Virus record (IMG/VR): IMGVR_UViG_3300028364_000018
Span: 58,488 to 122,487 of that record
Reading direction: 5' to 3' (one strand)
DNA from: a virus
DNA: 64,000 nucleotides
Below the pieces are notes generated by a model, which searched no databases, was not told the origin of the DNA, and worked only from the letters and a program-made list of their open reading frames with translations. The position numbers and the translations under genes are program-made. This document shows, one piece after another, positions 46,601 through 55,268 of the stretch (positions are counted from its first letter, which is position 1; every line of letters begins with the position of its first letter).

Positions 46601-46889
46601 TGAGGCGATTGCGGGTTATGACACCGCGGCACACACAAATTGGAGTGTGCAATTTGTGGTGAGTGGTTCATCTATCACCGGACTGGCGGACCCTATGGGC
46701 GTGCCTACGATGGATGTGGGCGGGGAGGAGTTGTTTGATGGCGATGCGAGTGCTGCTGACCCTCAAAATTATTACCGGCTGCCGATAATCCGTGGTGGGA
46801 AAGTGGTTTGCCAAGGCGGGGTCTTTCGGGAGAATATCATGTGTGCTGGGAATCGTGGTTACATCGTCGAACTACTGAGGATTGGGTAA
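43659..46889 (+). CDS. Large Cys-rich repeat tail protein (DUF5977-like repeats)
   Basis: About 8 repeats of V.AG...S..S...A...A...A...L.C.[WY].N......C. Confidence 0.65.
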   Translation: MNRTDKCEPKVLTPRALIFKARPDRANYRGNHCDGYALAIDELRFTPSELLIAPEGATDVPPLLVLTNTIFNLTCAEVGEGPEGSSVTIEAGALQTLFDWRTIPGIKADRLAYLSRQSADHDLESTVLGWMEDTELDEAETVELIRGYKLLQAQAQYVYDFLRQALDALQSAAEAAARALIYCFWYNVEQIARCSDLYTDSPLPVPQAFTVVAGDFQSTDGQEEANALAVAYAQSQLECVWENVEQTATCVEDLDFPDAVPGTATTTDTGTTLDPVDTAQAGTSVVAAGVVTSSAGAAAADAEARALAISLLDCFYVNAAVSKDCNTLYNSGEGHTAATALVNLGAANPAIGKKGSSVTLGAGDIISRTSQVDADEMAEVTALALLDCYWENDEEVATCDPEVFSIGGVDYTVGADQAASEAAGGLGAYQATVVAGTFISIAPGGSKEQAQDQAELFATSQLFCMYCNQAVAATCITPYPAIAPPDPLYSLDKTRSISAGVFCSTSASAAQTQAETLAAIPVRSLTALDDELCRYGNRRVVARCISAPEEGISGKWDVGDRDDLDALSDQSLNAEVIISENTMILADGDQPEESEDDVQTYVDNLARQIAISQLDCFWENEYSLASCPDVTPEEVTVSSSISASAIAVATLPSYAYNISDIVLEGGVYSRTYWTPYGGLGPGAVGVAQVPAGMFSSYLSFEEAQALASTLAQVELNCVWSNCPVCYSADLRPAVEADPEADPPIAAEDAVTCESLHGACFSGPVGDTSCDDAGGVFLRIPVPEGMTTSNVSQADANMQAVNLAASLMVCQDDTGSLTQRPTPVHDFPFLLSITRKTTIGGCPTIVESFNLNLSNIGVNGTGASTLDTILALDAGTHTVRVDWKFAPFAGSCFTDEVFDSALHGFEGEALVGLNIRVNGIAPAGYSDSVDVYTVTTIDDGGDRVVESSERLGMSLDMKPPPTLMTDFRIYRKYMTLIEFTYDEAIAGYDTAAHTNWSVQFVVSGSSITGLADPMGVPTMDVGGEELFDGDASAADPQNYYRLPIIRGGKVVCQGGVFRENIMCAGNRGYIVELLRIG

Positions 46890-47851
46890 TGGCAGACGCG
46901 GACTTATACACAAACAACCTTCACCCCGGCGGGTGCGACATGATTATTTTTAAGGAGCCTCTGGGAACAGATGTGGTTATTCCGCATTTCTCCCATAATA
47001 CAACATACGATGACCTTTATTCTATCACCTTGACGGGGGCCAGGGCCAAGGAGGTTCTCCGCTCTGTCTACATGAAAAAGGAATATGCTGTTACATTCAG
47101 CGCATCTATATCAGCCTCCCTACGTGAGGCTGTGACAGGCACGCTGTCGGCCGCAATAACAGGCAAGTTCTTACATTATGGTGGTGATTACAACAGATAC
47201 CGAGGTATATACATGAGCCTTGAGGGGTCGGGTGATATTCCACGGAAACGAGTCTGTGGTGGTGTATATAGACGTACCTTCTTAACTGATCAATTAGAAG
47301 AATCTGACACCACTGACTATACGCAAAGACCGCACATTCTGCCTTCGGTTGGTGTGTTTGCCAGAGGAGCAATTTTTTCCTATGACCCTGTAGACCAAAA
47401 CCAAACACTGACCGTGCTAGACCCAGATGATGTTGAGGTGGGAAACGTGACGGAAGATATATATGGCGAAGATGCGATAGGAAGTGATGCGGGTATATCT
47501 TTCCATAAAATATGGGTGGTTGGGGATGGGAGTATCAAGGTATGGTTTCGAGCTGATGCGCGGATAGCCCCCGGCGACTATGGTGGGGAGTTCAGCGGCG
47601 ACTTCTACGCTTGCAATTTGTCTAAAGTAGATGCTTCGTTAGGTATTACGCCTGTAAGCGGAGATGAGACCACATTGGTGCAGGGGTATCCGGTTACCTT
47701 CACGGTCTTAGGTCAGACTGTGAATGCATTCATTAACGTTTTACCAGATAAGGGTATCGTCAGTGATACAGACCTCCCATCATACTATAGATGGGTTGAG
47801 TTTCTTTCCTTTTCCATGTCTTATGACTTAGCAGTGACTGAATTTTGGTGA
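46889..47851 (+). CDS. Hypothetical tail-region protein
   Basis: ATG 46889 (TAATG overlap); beta-rich. Confidence 0.55.
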   Translation: MADADLYTNNLHPGGCDMIIFKEPLGTDVVIPHFSHNTTYDDLYSITLTGARAKEVLRSVYMKKEYAVTFSASISASLREAVTGTLSAAITGKFLHYGGDYNRYRGIYMSLEGSGDIPRKRVCGGVYRRTFLTDQLEESDTTDYTQRPHILPSVGVFARGAIFSYDPVDQNQTLTVLDPDDVEVGNVTEDIYGEDAIGSDAGISFHKIWVVGDGSIKVWFRADARIAPGDYGGEFSGDFYACNLSKVDASLGITPVSGDETTLVQGYPVTFTVLGQTVNAFINVLPDKGIVSDTDLPSYYRWVEFLSFSMSYDLAVTEFW

Positions 47852-47903
47852 GTCCCTACACTATAACCCCGACCACCCTTTACACGTACCCACCTTAAAC
47901 CCC

Positions 47904-47932
47904 TTGACACAAACCTGCAACCCAGCTATAAC
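47904..47932 (+). promoter_or_regulatory. Sigma70-like promoter
   Basis: TTGACA-N17-TATAAC, 6 nt before ATG 47939. Confidence 0.7.
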
Positions 47933-47938
47933 CCATTT

Positions 47939-48319
47939 ATGACAGCCTTATACTTATTCCGAATTGAAGATGGCCAACGCATACGCTACAAGTTTGACGT
48001 TGATGAACACCTGACGATCTTCCAAGAAACCCGCATGCCTGATGCAGCAGAGCCCCCGCCACTACCGGGTATGACTGTTGAGGTTAAAGACGGACGCCGG
48101 ACCATAACCAGCGTAACACCCGAGCTACAGGAATGTATGCAGGTGTTTGCATTGGAGAGTCCTTGCCCTGCTGGTATGGAAGATCTACGTCAGCGTTTTG
48201 TGGACGAGCTACAAACCCTTGGTGGTTCTGATTGTCCGGACTGCACCCGTGGGGGTCTGATACGGAAGTACACACCCCTTATTCAAGCGAGAATGCATGA
48301 CAATCCCAAACATCCATAA
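47939..48319 (+). CDS. CxxC-containing hypothetical protein
   Basis: DLRQRFVDEL..LGGSDCPDC...LIRKY. Confidence 0.6.
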   Translation: MTALYLFRIEDGQRIRYKFDVDEHLTIFQETRMPDAAEPPPLPGMTVEVKDGRRTITSVTPELQECMQVFALESPCPAGMEDLRQRFVDELQTLGGSDCPDCTRGGLIRKYTPLIQARMHDNPKHP

Positions 48320-48494
48320 ATACCCAGACCTCCGGCGACGCCTCGACTATGAGCTTAATAAGTTAGGCCGAGACTGTCGGGGGTGTGGGCAAGCTAGTCT
48401 CATACAACGTTATACCAAGCTAGTGAATGAACGAGAAAAGCAAGCCCCACAGGTTGCAACAGGCCATAGCAACCTCCGCAGGTTGACAACATGA
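48297..48494 (+). CDS. Small CxxC protein, paralog of the preceding C-terminal domain
   Basis: DLRRRLDYEL..LGRDCRGC...LIQRY. Confidence 0.6.
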   Translation: MTIPNIHKYPDLRRRLDYELNKLGRDCRGCGQASLIQRYTKLVNEREKQAPQVATGHSNLRRLTT

Positions 48495-48844
48495 TATGGA
48501 CCCTGCTGACTATTTTAGCACTGCACCAAACATGGTTCCACACAAACGCACCGGCCCACCTGTTTGGCGGCCTTCACTGTCTAACCCTGTGGCGTTCCAA
48601 ACCAGGGTTCTGGAGCGCCGAGCTACTTGAAACCCAATTTAAGAGTGATTGGTTTGTGTGGATCAACAGCCATCCGCATATCCACCCCAAGGTGGCGGAG
48701 CTCCTGACCTGCCCAATATGCTTCAGTTGGCACATTAGTTTTTGGGTCGTACTGTTTGCCTATTGTGCGGGGTTACCCTCCTCAGAGGCTTGGGGCGCGC
48801 TTGTCGCCGGGGTAGTAGCCTGCCGTGCTATGGAAAAGCTGTAA
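48491..48844 (+). CDS. DUF1360-like membrane protein
   Basis: ELLTCPICFSWHISFWV plus hydrophobic helices. Confidence 0.6.
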   Translation: MIWTLLTILALHQTWFHTNAPAHLFGGLHCLTLWRSKPGFWSAELLETQFKSDWFVWINSHPHIHPKVAELLTCPICFSWHISFWVVLFAYCAGLPSSEAWGALVAGVVACRAMEKL

Positions 48845-48854
48845 TAGATAGGTC

Positions 48855-48883
48855 TTGCACGAAGACCCTCGTGTATGTAAGGT
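48855..48883 (+). promoter_or_regulatory. Sigma70-like promoter
   Basis: TTGCAC-N17-TAAGGT, 6 nt before GTG 48890. Confidence 0.55.
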
Positions 48884-48889
48884 AAGGGC

Positions 48890-49663
48890 GTGCAAAACCT
48901 TGAAGAAATCCCAACTACTGAGCAAGACCTTACTTTGGAAGTCCCGGGTGTGGATATCACACCCTACGACTCGTGGAAGTCCGACCCCAGCCCACAGAAT
49001 CTGCATCGGGCTGTGAAGAAGATGGACCCGACGATAAAGAACGTGATGCAGAGTATCGGAGCCGGTTCCGACCCCTACATATACTCTCAAGCACGAGTAT
49101 TGACTGCCAAGGCCCTAGAGACCTATGACCCACAGTACGGGGCATCACTCCCTACCTGGGTGAGCCGTCAACTGATGCCTTTACGTCGTATGCGTCGCGA
49201 GAGCCAGGCATCCATCAAAATGCCCGAGAGCATTCAACTAGATGCATACCGCATAATGTCGGCCTCTCGTGAACTGGAGGATATCCATGGGCGAGAACCC
49301 ACATTGGAGGAGATCTCCGAGGAAGCGGGTGTCAGCCTGCCTCGTATCAAGAAAGTACGAAGACTGAACAAGCAGATGCCCGCAGATGGCGTGTTTGCCG
49401 GTGGTGGAGACGACCAGGGAGTGGCGGCTCCCGATCACTCTGAGCCAGACTTTCAGACGGAAGCCGCGGATTACGTGTACCACGAGAGTGATTATGTAGA
49501 TAAAAAGATTTTGGAACACAAACTGGGGTACGCCGGAGCCGATCTGTGGGATGGTCAGACACTAGCCCATAGTCTAAAGGTCAGCCCCGCCCAGATAAGC
49601 CGTAGAAGCGCTAAACTGGCGTTGAAAATGAATGAGTACACTCGAATTCTGGAGGGTCGCTGA
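48890..49663 (+). CDS. Phage sigma70-family sigma factor
   Basis: YDPQYGASLPTWV (region 2), GREPTLEEISEEAGVSLPRIKK (region 3), LAHSLKVSPAQISR (region 4 HTH). Confidence 0.85.
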   Translation: MQNLEEIPTTEQDLTLEVPGVDITPYDSWKSDPSPQNLHRAVKKMDPTIKNVMQSIGAGSDPYIYSQARVLTAKALETYDPQYGASLPTWVSRQLMPLRRMRRESQASIKMPESIQLDAYRIMSASRELEDIHGREPTLEEISEEAGVSLPRIKKVRRLNKQMPADGVFAGGGDDQGVAAPDHSEPDFQTEAADYVYHESDYVDKKILEHKLGYAGADLWDGQTLAHSLKVSPAQISRRSAKLALKMNEYTRILEGR

Positions 49664-50010
49664 TGCAACCTCAAACCGTAGTAAACGCCTTTGATAAAGA
49701 CCAGGCTCAACAAGCCTACGCCATTTTACAGGCCTACACAGATGGGACGCAAGCCCGATCCATCATCTTGGACTACCCGGGCATGGTGGATATGGTTTCT
49801 TCTAACTTGAGCACCGCAGATCAGCAAGTGAGCGCGGCCAAGTCCGATGCGGTTAAACGCGCTAAGTCTACTGTCATGCACGCCCTATCGCGAGATATGG
49901 GACGTGCTCGTTCGTCGCGGGGGCGTATTAAAGCCCTGGGAATCAGCAACGAGGTACAGACCTTACACCGCCTGGCGCTCGTTGACATCCAGACCGAGGG
50001 GACCGCATGA
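49663..50010 (+). CDS. Hypothetical protein
   Basis: TGATG-coupled ORF. Confidence 0.55.
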   Translation: MQPQTVVNAFDKDQAQQAYAILQAYTDGTQARSIILDYPGMVDMVSSNLSTADQQVSAAKSDAVKRAKSTVMHALSRDMGRARSSRGRIKALGISNEVQTLHRLALVDIQTEGTA

Positions 50011-50408
50011 AGGGGTTGAAGCTCATTTTCGGACCATCGGGGGTTGAGATAGATCCCCTAGCATCGGTCTCTGGTGTGGAAGCCAAAATCCAAGGGGCGT
50101 TGGTCAATATCGGCACATCCAGGGGTTCTGACAGCGTCTGGCCTGATAGAGGTACGGAGTTGTTAAAAAACGCGGTGCTGAATGGTGTACCAGGTGTGGT
50201 ACAGGCACAACACCTCGCTAATTTTGCGGCGGTCGACACCCTGTTCTTCCAACGCCAACAGGAGGAGCGGACTGACCTGGACTCCCCGGAAGTCCTCAAA
50301 CTAACACCTGCTTCCCTTGATGCAGGACGTATGGATCTTGACCTATATTTTAAAAGCTTGGGGGGAGCCGAATACGGGCTGTCCTCTACTACACTGGTGA
50401 ACACATGA
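50007..50408 (+). CDS. Baseplate wedge protein (gp25-like, putative)
   Basis: 133 aa; IGTSRGSDSVWPDRGT pattern; precedes the baseplate J-like gene. Confidence 0.55.
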   Translation: MKGLKLIFGPSGVEIDPLASVSGVEAKIQGALVNIGTSRGSDSVWPDRGTELLKNAVLNGVPGVVQAQHLANFAAVDTLFFQRQQEERTDLDSPEVLKLTPASLDAGRMDLDLYFKSLGGAEYGLSSTTLVNT

Positions 50409-52090
50409 GCGATTTGGTACAAACATACTACCCTGAACTAACGGAGTTGACCACAGAACAACAGCAAGCTGCTCGGGCAGCCCTGGTCGGGCGCCTGCGG
50501 TTGGTTTACCCCGAACTAGACATGAGCCCTAACTCTGTGTTTGGGGACCTGTGGGTTACCCCTGCGTCCCAACACCTTGCATCCCTGGACTTAGCGCAAC
50601 AACGCTTCAAAAGCGACCTGAACTTGGAGAATGTGGCAGGTGGTGTAATTTGGGATTGCGACTTCGTGGAGGCCTACCTACAAAACTTTGGATCAAACGA
50701 GGCGATGACCGTACCGAGTTATGGAACCGTACGATTGGTTTTCAATAGTCCGAACGCCCTAGAACTTGACCGAAAATTGGTATTCGCCGACGACCAGGAA
50801 TCTGTGTATAACCTACGCCTCGCAGAGTCCGGAGGACTCTCAATCCTGGCGCCCGGCACTGCCCGTACCGCCGGACGGAATGAGGTGCGTCTGACGCCCA
50901 CCAACGGCACGTCCTGGATCGTGGATATCCCGGTCTACGGGGAGTTTGGTAATGTGCTTCCGGTGGCAGGTACTGCGATGGAGCTCAGTTTCACTCTTGG
51001 TGGTCTGGTAAGCGCCACGGCGTTATCTGATTTCAGCCCGGGTCTCCCGGATAATCGCCTGGCTGAGGCAGCCAAACGTACCAGAGACGTGGTGTACACC
51101 GCCACCCCCTCATCCAAGGGTGGGGTTCGAAGCATGTTCGTCCGACAGTTTCCGGATGCTGCGGGGGTAGTAGTCCAAACCAACGACGACCCAGATCAAT
51201 GGCGGGTACCAACGGTGGATCGCGCGGTTGACGTCTATACCAGAGGTCGTCAGACGTTCCAGGACCAGATCACAATAAAGGCCGTATTGGACGAGGATGA
51301 GGGGGATGGCGTTCTATGGGCCTCGCTCGATACTCCATCAACACCCATTCTAATTGATTTGGTGGAGGTCGCGGGTCAGGACATCACATTGGATCCGGCT
51401 TCCATCAAGTTCTATGCACAGACTCTGGACGCCGCGACAGCGCCTGATCTTAGTGCTGGTCGCTCCCTCAAACAGAAGCTCTGGTTCTCGGTTGACATGC
51501 CTATGGATGGTGTAGACCCCTTGATAGAGACCACTACGGGCGATGATGACAAGGAGTACGCGGATTTTGTAATTCACTACCGGCAGGATCCGGATTGGCT
51601 CGCGCAAGCCCAGTTCCTTAGCTCCGACGACAATTCCCCATTGGGAGTGGACCTACTGGTCCGACAACCTGTTGTGGCCCTGCTCAATAGCCTGACCGTA
51701 CGGTACAGACGTAGGCCGGGAACCACGGTTAAGACCACACAGGCCCAGACCGAGATTCATGCATACGTGAATAGTGTTGTTTGGCCTAACATAATAAGCG
51801 AGGCCCGTATTGTGGACGCCCTATTCTACGCAGGTGCATCCGATGTGCAGGATGTGGTTCCTGATGGAGAGATTCAGTATGGGGTTGCTACGCACAATGC
51901 CGTGGGAAAAGACCCAGATAGTGATTTCTCCGCGTTCTACGCCAGTCCCGCGATCGTTAGACCTCCTCTATCCTTGTTCTCCGACCTAAAGGCATCCTAT
52001 ACTGCACAGTCCGCCCAGTTGGTGAGTGCCAGCCCTCAGAACATCCGGTATTTAGTAGACTTGGAAAACATTCAACTACTGGAAGTCTGA
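50405..52090 (+). CDS. Baseplate J-like wedge protein
   Basis: YPELDMSPNSVFGDLWVTP at the N-terminus; VDVYTRG; position in the baseplate cluster. Confidence 0.7.
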   Translation: MSDLVQTYYPELTELTTEQQQAARAALVGRLRLVYPELDMSPNSVFGDLWVTPASQHLASLDLAQQRFKSDLNLENVAGGVIWDCDFVEAYLQNFGSNEAMTVPSYGTVRLVFNSPNALELDRKLVFADDQESVYNLRLAESGGLSILAPGTARTAGRNEVRLTPTNGTSWIVDIPVYGEFGNVLPVAGTAMELSFTLGGLVSATALSDFSPGLPDNRLAEAAKRTRDVVYTATPSSKGGVRSMFVRQFPDAAGVVVQTNDDPDQWRVPTVDRAVDVYTRGRQTFQDQITIKAVLDEDEGDGVLWASLDTPSTPILIDLVEVAGQDITLDPASIKFYAQTLDAATAPDLSAGRSLKQKLWFSVDMPMDGVDPLIETTTGDDDKEYADFVIHYRQDPDWLAQAQFLSSDDNSPLGVDLLVRQPVVALLNSLTVRYRRRPGTTVKTTQAQTEIHAYVNSVVWPNIISEARIVDALFYAGASDVQDVVPDGEIQYGVATHNAVGKDPDSDFSAFYASPAIVRPPLSLFSDLKASYTAQSAQLVSASPQNIRYLVDLENIQLLEV

Positions 52091-53160
52091 TGCGCACCCT
52101 AGAATCCGTTGTTCTTAAAAACAACCTACACTCGGTGTTCGGGAGGGTTGGTAGCGTCTGGGCATCCAACACGACGGAGGAGTATCGCAAGATCAGCAAG
52201 ATGATGGCGGACTCCACGCAAATCTGCGATGCCCTCGTGGACGCGGCGGGCACCCCTCAGCTTCTGTCTGGAACAACACAGGAGCGCGAATGGTTGAACC
52301 TACCGCTGTCGGATGACAACGTCTGGGCTGTTCATGGCGACCTCGCGGATCAACTGGAGGACTTGGGCGGGAATGTAGAAGGTTGGGTGGGAATCTGGTC
52401 TTACCCGGGATACCCCTCACACCCGGCTTGGACAACCCTATTTGGGGGCTCGGAGAATCTGGTCCTCACCACAGAATACGGGCAACTTATGCTGTATCCG
52501 GATGGTACCCAAACATCTGAAGTTGGTCTACCTGGTTTGGATTCGTTGTCAGCCTGGGTATGGGCGACTCCCCCGATGCTGACAGTGAACCGGATTCAAA
52601 CCGCGGATGGTCGTCAACTAGTGCGGGGGGTGGAGTTCAGCTCCGCGCCTGGAGTGGTGTTGATGTGGGAGGACCCTCAATTACTGTGTCCCTCTGGCTG
52701 GACCTCGGTCAGCGCCATCGAACGCCTTTTATGCCCATTGGCCTACACCCTACAGTTAGACGGTGTACTAGGCCCCGCTCCGTGGGTAATGGCCTACTAC
52801 CGAAACAGTGGTGGTCTGGGTTCACTATATAAAGCTGTGGCGGAGGCCTCGGGCCTGCAGGTGGTGAACCAAGCTGGCGCGGTGCTGGCAGTCAGAGAAC
52901 GCTTGGTAGGACGTACTTATGTACTACCAGAGGGGGAGGTCCTCGCCTGGTACCCGCACACGGCGTTGGAGGTCGGAGACACGGTCGAGGTCGGGCAGGT
53001 GATTGGTGGGGAGAGCTTGACTATGAGTGTCGCGGGCTCTATACTGTCTGTTGTACTAGAACCAACCTTATTTTACCCCGGATCAGCCTACGACCTTCGC
53101 GCTCGGGAATTCCTGACCCGGGAGAAACCTCTGGGTCTAAACCTTGAAATCAGCACATAA
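52090..53160 (+). CDS. Baseplate wedge subunit (putative)
   Basis: Follows the baseplate J-like gene; coupled. Confidence 0.5.
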   Translation: MRTLESVVLKNNLHSVFGRVGSVWASNTTEEYRKISKMMADSTQICDALVDAAGTPQLLSGTTQEREWLNLPLSDDNVWAVHGDLADQLEDLGGNVEGWVGIWSYPGYPSHPAWTTLFGGSENLVLTTEYGQLMLYPDGTQTSEVGLPGLDSLSAWVWATPPMLTVNRIQTADGRQLVRGVEFSSAPGVVLMWEDPQLLCPSGWTSVSAIERLLCPLAYTLQLDGVLGPAPWVMAYYRNSGGLGSLYKAVAEASGLQVVNQAGAVLAVRERLVGRTYVLPEGEVLAWYPHTALEVGDTVEVGQVIGGESLTMSVAGSILSVVLEPTLFYPGSAYDLRAREFLTREKPLGLNLEIST

Positions 53161-53537
53161 TGAGCATAACCTTAAACAGAAACGAAGTTGATTACGAACT
53201 GCAGGCAGCCCTTGCGGTATGGCCTTTGATTGTCCAAGCTACGTCTGACGAGGCTGGGCTTCCCTCTGAGATATTTGTATACCATGTGTTACCGGTCAAC
53301 AACGATCTCGATGAGGTGTTCGAGTGCGTGGCTAGTTTGCCTCAGATGTCGGAGATCGGACTAACCATAGCCGATGGCGTACCATACTACCGAAAAGATA
53401 ACCTACGTATAGATTGCCGGACCGTCTCTGAGGCCGATCGCATATGGGAGTTGATTCAGACGGACACCCGGAGTTTGCTTTGGGGGTTCCGCTATGCAGA
53501 GGGGTTGGAGCTTTCTGAGGAGGTTGTAATCGCATGA
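53160..53537 (+). CDS. Hypothetical protein
   Basis: Coupled 125-aa ORF. Confidence 0.55.
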   Translation: MSITLNRNEVDYELQAALAVWPLIVQATSDEAGLPSEIFVYHVLPVNNDLDEVFECVASLPQMSEIGLTIADGVPYYRKDNLRIDCRTVSEADRIWELIQTDTRSLLWGFRYAEGLELSEEVVIA

Positions 53538-53920
53538 CAGCCTACGCACTACCCGGTTTGATGCCTCCCACCTCTCCACGTCTTGACAGCCAAGTTGTAT
53601 GGAATTGGTATGAACCACTGGAGTTGGTTGTACGAGAAGAAGACGAGTCTTTACCAGAGAAGTCCAGTGAATGGTGGGTGAGCCCCGCTGGGGCGGGATC
53701 TACGTTGGGACGTCAGCAGGGATCCAAGGCCATAACAACCCGAGTTGTTGGGGGTGTCCGGCAGTATGTGCTGGGACTGCCCGCCAAGTACTTACCTCGT
53801 GGTACCCACCTTTTTCAGGTTGTTATAGACGGAGAGCTCTCCGGGCACCTTGTGGGTGTTCCTGCTACGTTGGAGAACCGACGCGCTGAAAACGAGAAAT
53901 TTCCCGCCCCTATAATATAG
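53534..53920 (+). CDS. Hypothetical protein
   Basis: Coupled 128-aa ORF. Confidence 0.5.
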   Translation: MTAYALPGLMPPTSPRLDSQVVWNWYEPLELVVREEDESLPEKSSEWWVSPAGAGSTLGRQQGSKAITTRVVGGVRQYVLGLPAKYLPRGTHLFQVVIDGELSGHLVGVPATLENRRAENEKFPAPII

Positions 53921-53928
53921 AACCGCTT

Positions 53929-55239
53929 ATGACCACCAAGACCGTACAAGTAAACGCCCTCAACGAACTGGTAGCCCCCGTGGCTACTGAGTTCCGGGAT
54001 GCTAATGACCTACGTTCTACTGCTCAGATTACGGCTGAAATTGCTCAGGCGGTGTCGGACCTCGTAGGCGGTGCTCCTGGAGCGTTAGACACTTTGAATG
54101 AGTTGGCGGAGGCCTTGTCGGATGACGCGGCGTTTGCTACGACCGTTACCAACGCGTTAGCGACCAAGGCAGTAGATACAGCCGTACTCCACATCGCAGG
54201 GACCGAAACCGCAACGGGACTGAAAAAGTTCTCGGCTGGCATTTGGGCGGGCGTTTTGCGGGCTTTGACGGGTGGGCATGTGGACATTCAGAACGCCAGT
54301 GGGACAAGCCTTTTGCGTGCGGGTGTTGGCGGCGGGACGGGTGTTGCTGAAGGAGGTAACACAACTGCGAGCGGCACCGCCTCTCACGCTGAAGGGGAAA
54401 TCACACTTGCGAGCGGACGAGCCTCTCACGCTGAAGGAGGTAACACAACTGCGTCCGGCACCGCCTCTCACGCTGAGGGGGATAGCACAATTGCGAGTGG
54501 ATACGCCTCTCACGCTGAAGGAGCTAGCACAACTGCGAGCGGACTACTTTCACGAGCTTCAGGTCGCCGCGCAAAAGCGATCGACGACGGCTCAAACGTA
54601 GAAGCAGATAATCAGGATGCTGACATATCTTCCACCGCGACGAACCAACGCACAGCCCGCTATCAAAATGGATACAGATGGTTTGGTGGCAGTCACTCTG
54701 TCGAAGGCTCGGTCAATCCCGAAACGAACAACACACCGTCACTCGGAACCAATCTCTTACGCTGGCTCTCAGCATACGTCACGACGCTCTACACGTCCAC
54801 CATCCAAGCCCTGACCGCTGGCGGACTCGCTCTCAAAGACTCCACAGGCACGACGCAAGCGACGGTCTCAAGTACGGGCTTGGCACTGACAACCGCTCTG
54901 GCAATCACGGAGGGAGGGACGGGTGCGCGTACGGCTAGTGGCGCGCGGACTAATTTGGGTTTAACTGCGGTACAACGCACAGGTACAAACGTGGCGTATG
55001 ACCGTAGCGTTTACAACGCACGCAGTACTCCAGGCCAAGGTAACATAACCGAGAGTTCGAGCGCAGGCTCTCTAGGGGTTGTTAATAAGTTGTACCACGA
55101 CGATACTACTGAACCATCGTACCCTGCAAGTTGGATTCACGTCGGAGATTCTGTGTATGTGACAGACGTACTAAACATCATATATTTTGAGTGGGTATCA
55201 TCCTCTGAGGTGGAGTACTGGATCGCACAAGACAGTTGA
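53929..55239 (+). CDS. Tail fibre protein with YadA-like SHAEG repeats
   Basis: APGALDTLNELAEAL.DD..FATTV fibre repeat; ASHAEG..T.ASG 14-aa repeats. Confidence 0.85.
   Translation: MTTKTVQVNALNELVAPVATEFRDANDLRSTAQITAEIAQAVSDLVGGAPGALDTLNELAEALSDDAAFATTVTNALATKAVDTAVLHIAGTETATGLKKFSAGIWAGVLRALTGGHVDIQNASGTSLLRAGVGGGTGVAEGGNTTASGTASHAEGEITLASGRASHAEGGNTTASGTASHAEGDSTIASGYASHAEGASTTASGLLSRASGRRAKAIDDGSNVEADNQDADISSTATNQRTARYQNGYRWFGGSHSVEGSVNPETNNTPSLGTNLLRWLSAYVTTLYTSTIQALTAGGLALKDSTGTTQATVSSTGLALTTALAITEGGTGARTASGARTNLGLTAVQRTGTNVAYDRSVYNARSTPGQGNITESSSAGSLGVVNKLYHDDTTEPSYPASWIHVGDSVYVTDVLNIIYFEWVSSSEVEYWIAQDS
54346..54546 (+). repeat. 42-bp tandem coding repeats
   Basis: GCCTCTCACGCTGA at 54379, 54421, 54463 and 54505. 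Confidence 0.9.
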
Positions 55240-55268
55240 GGACAGCCGCTCCTTTAAACAACGCGGGA

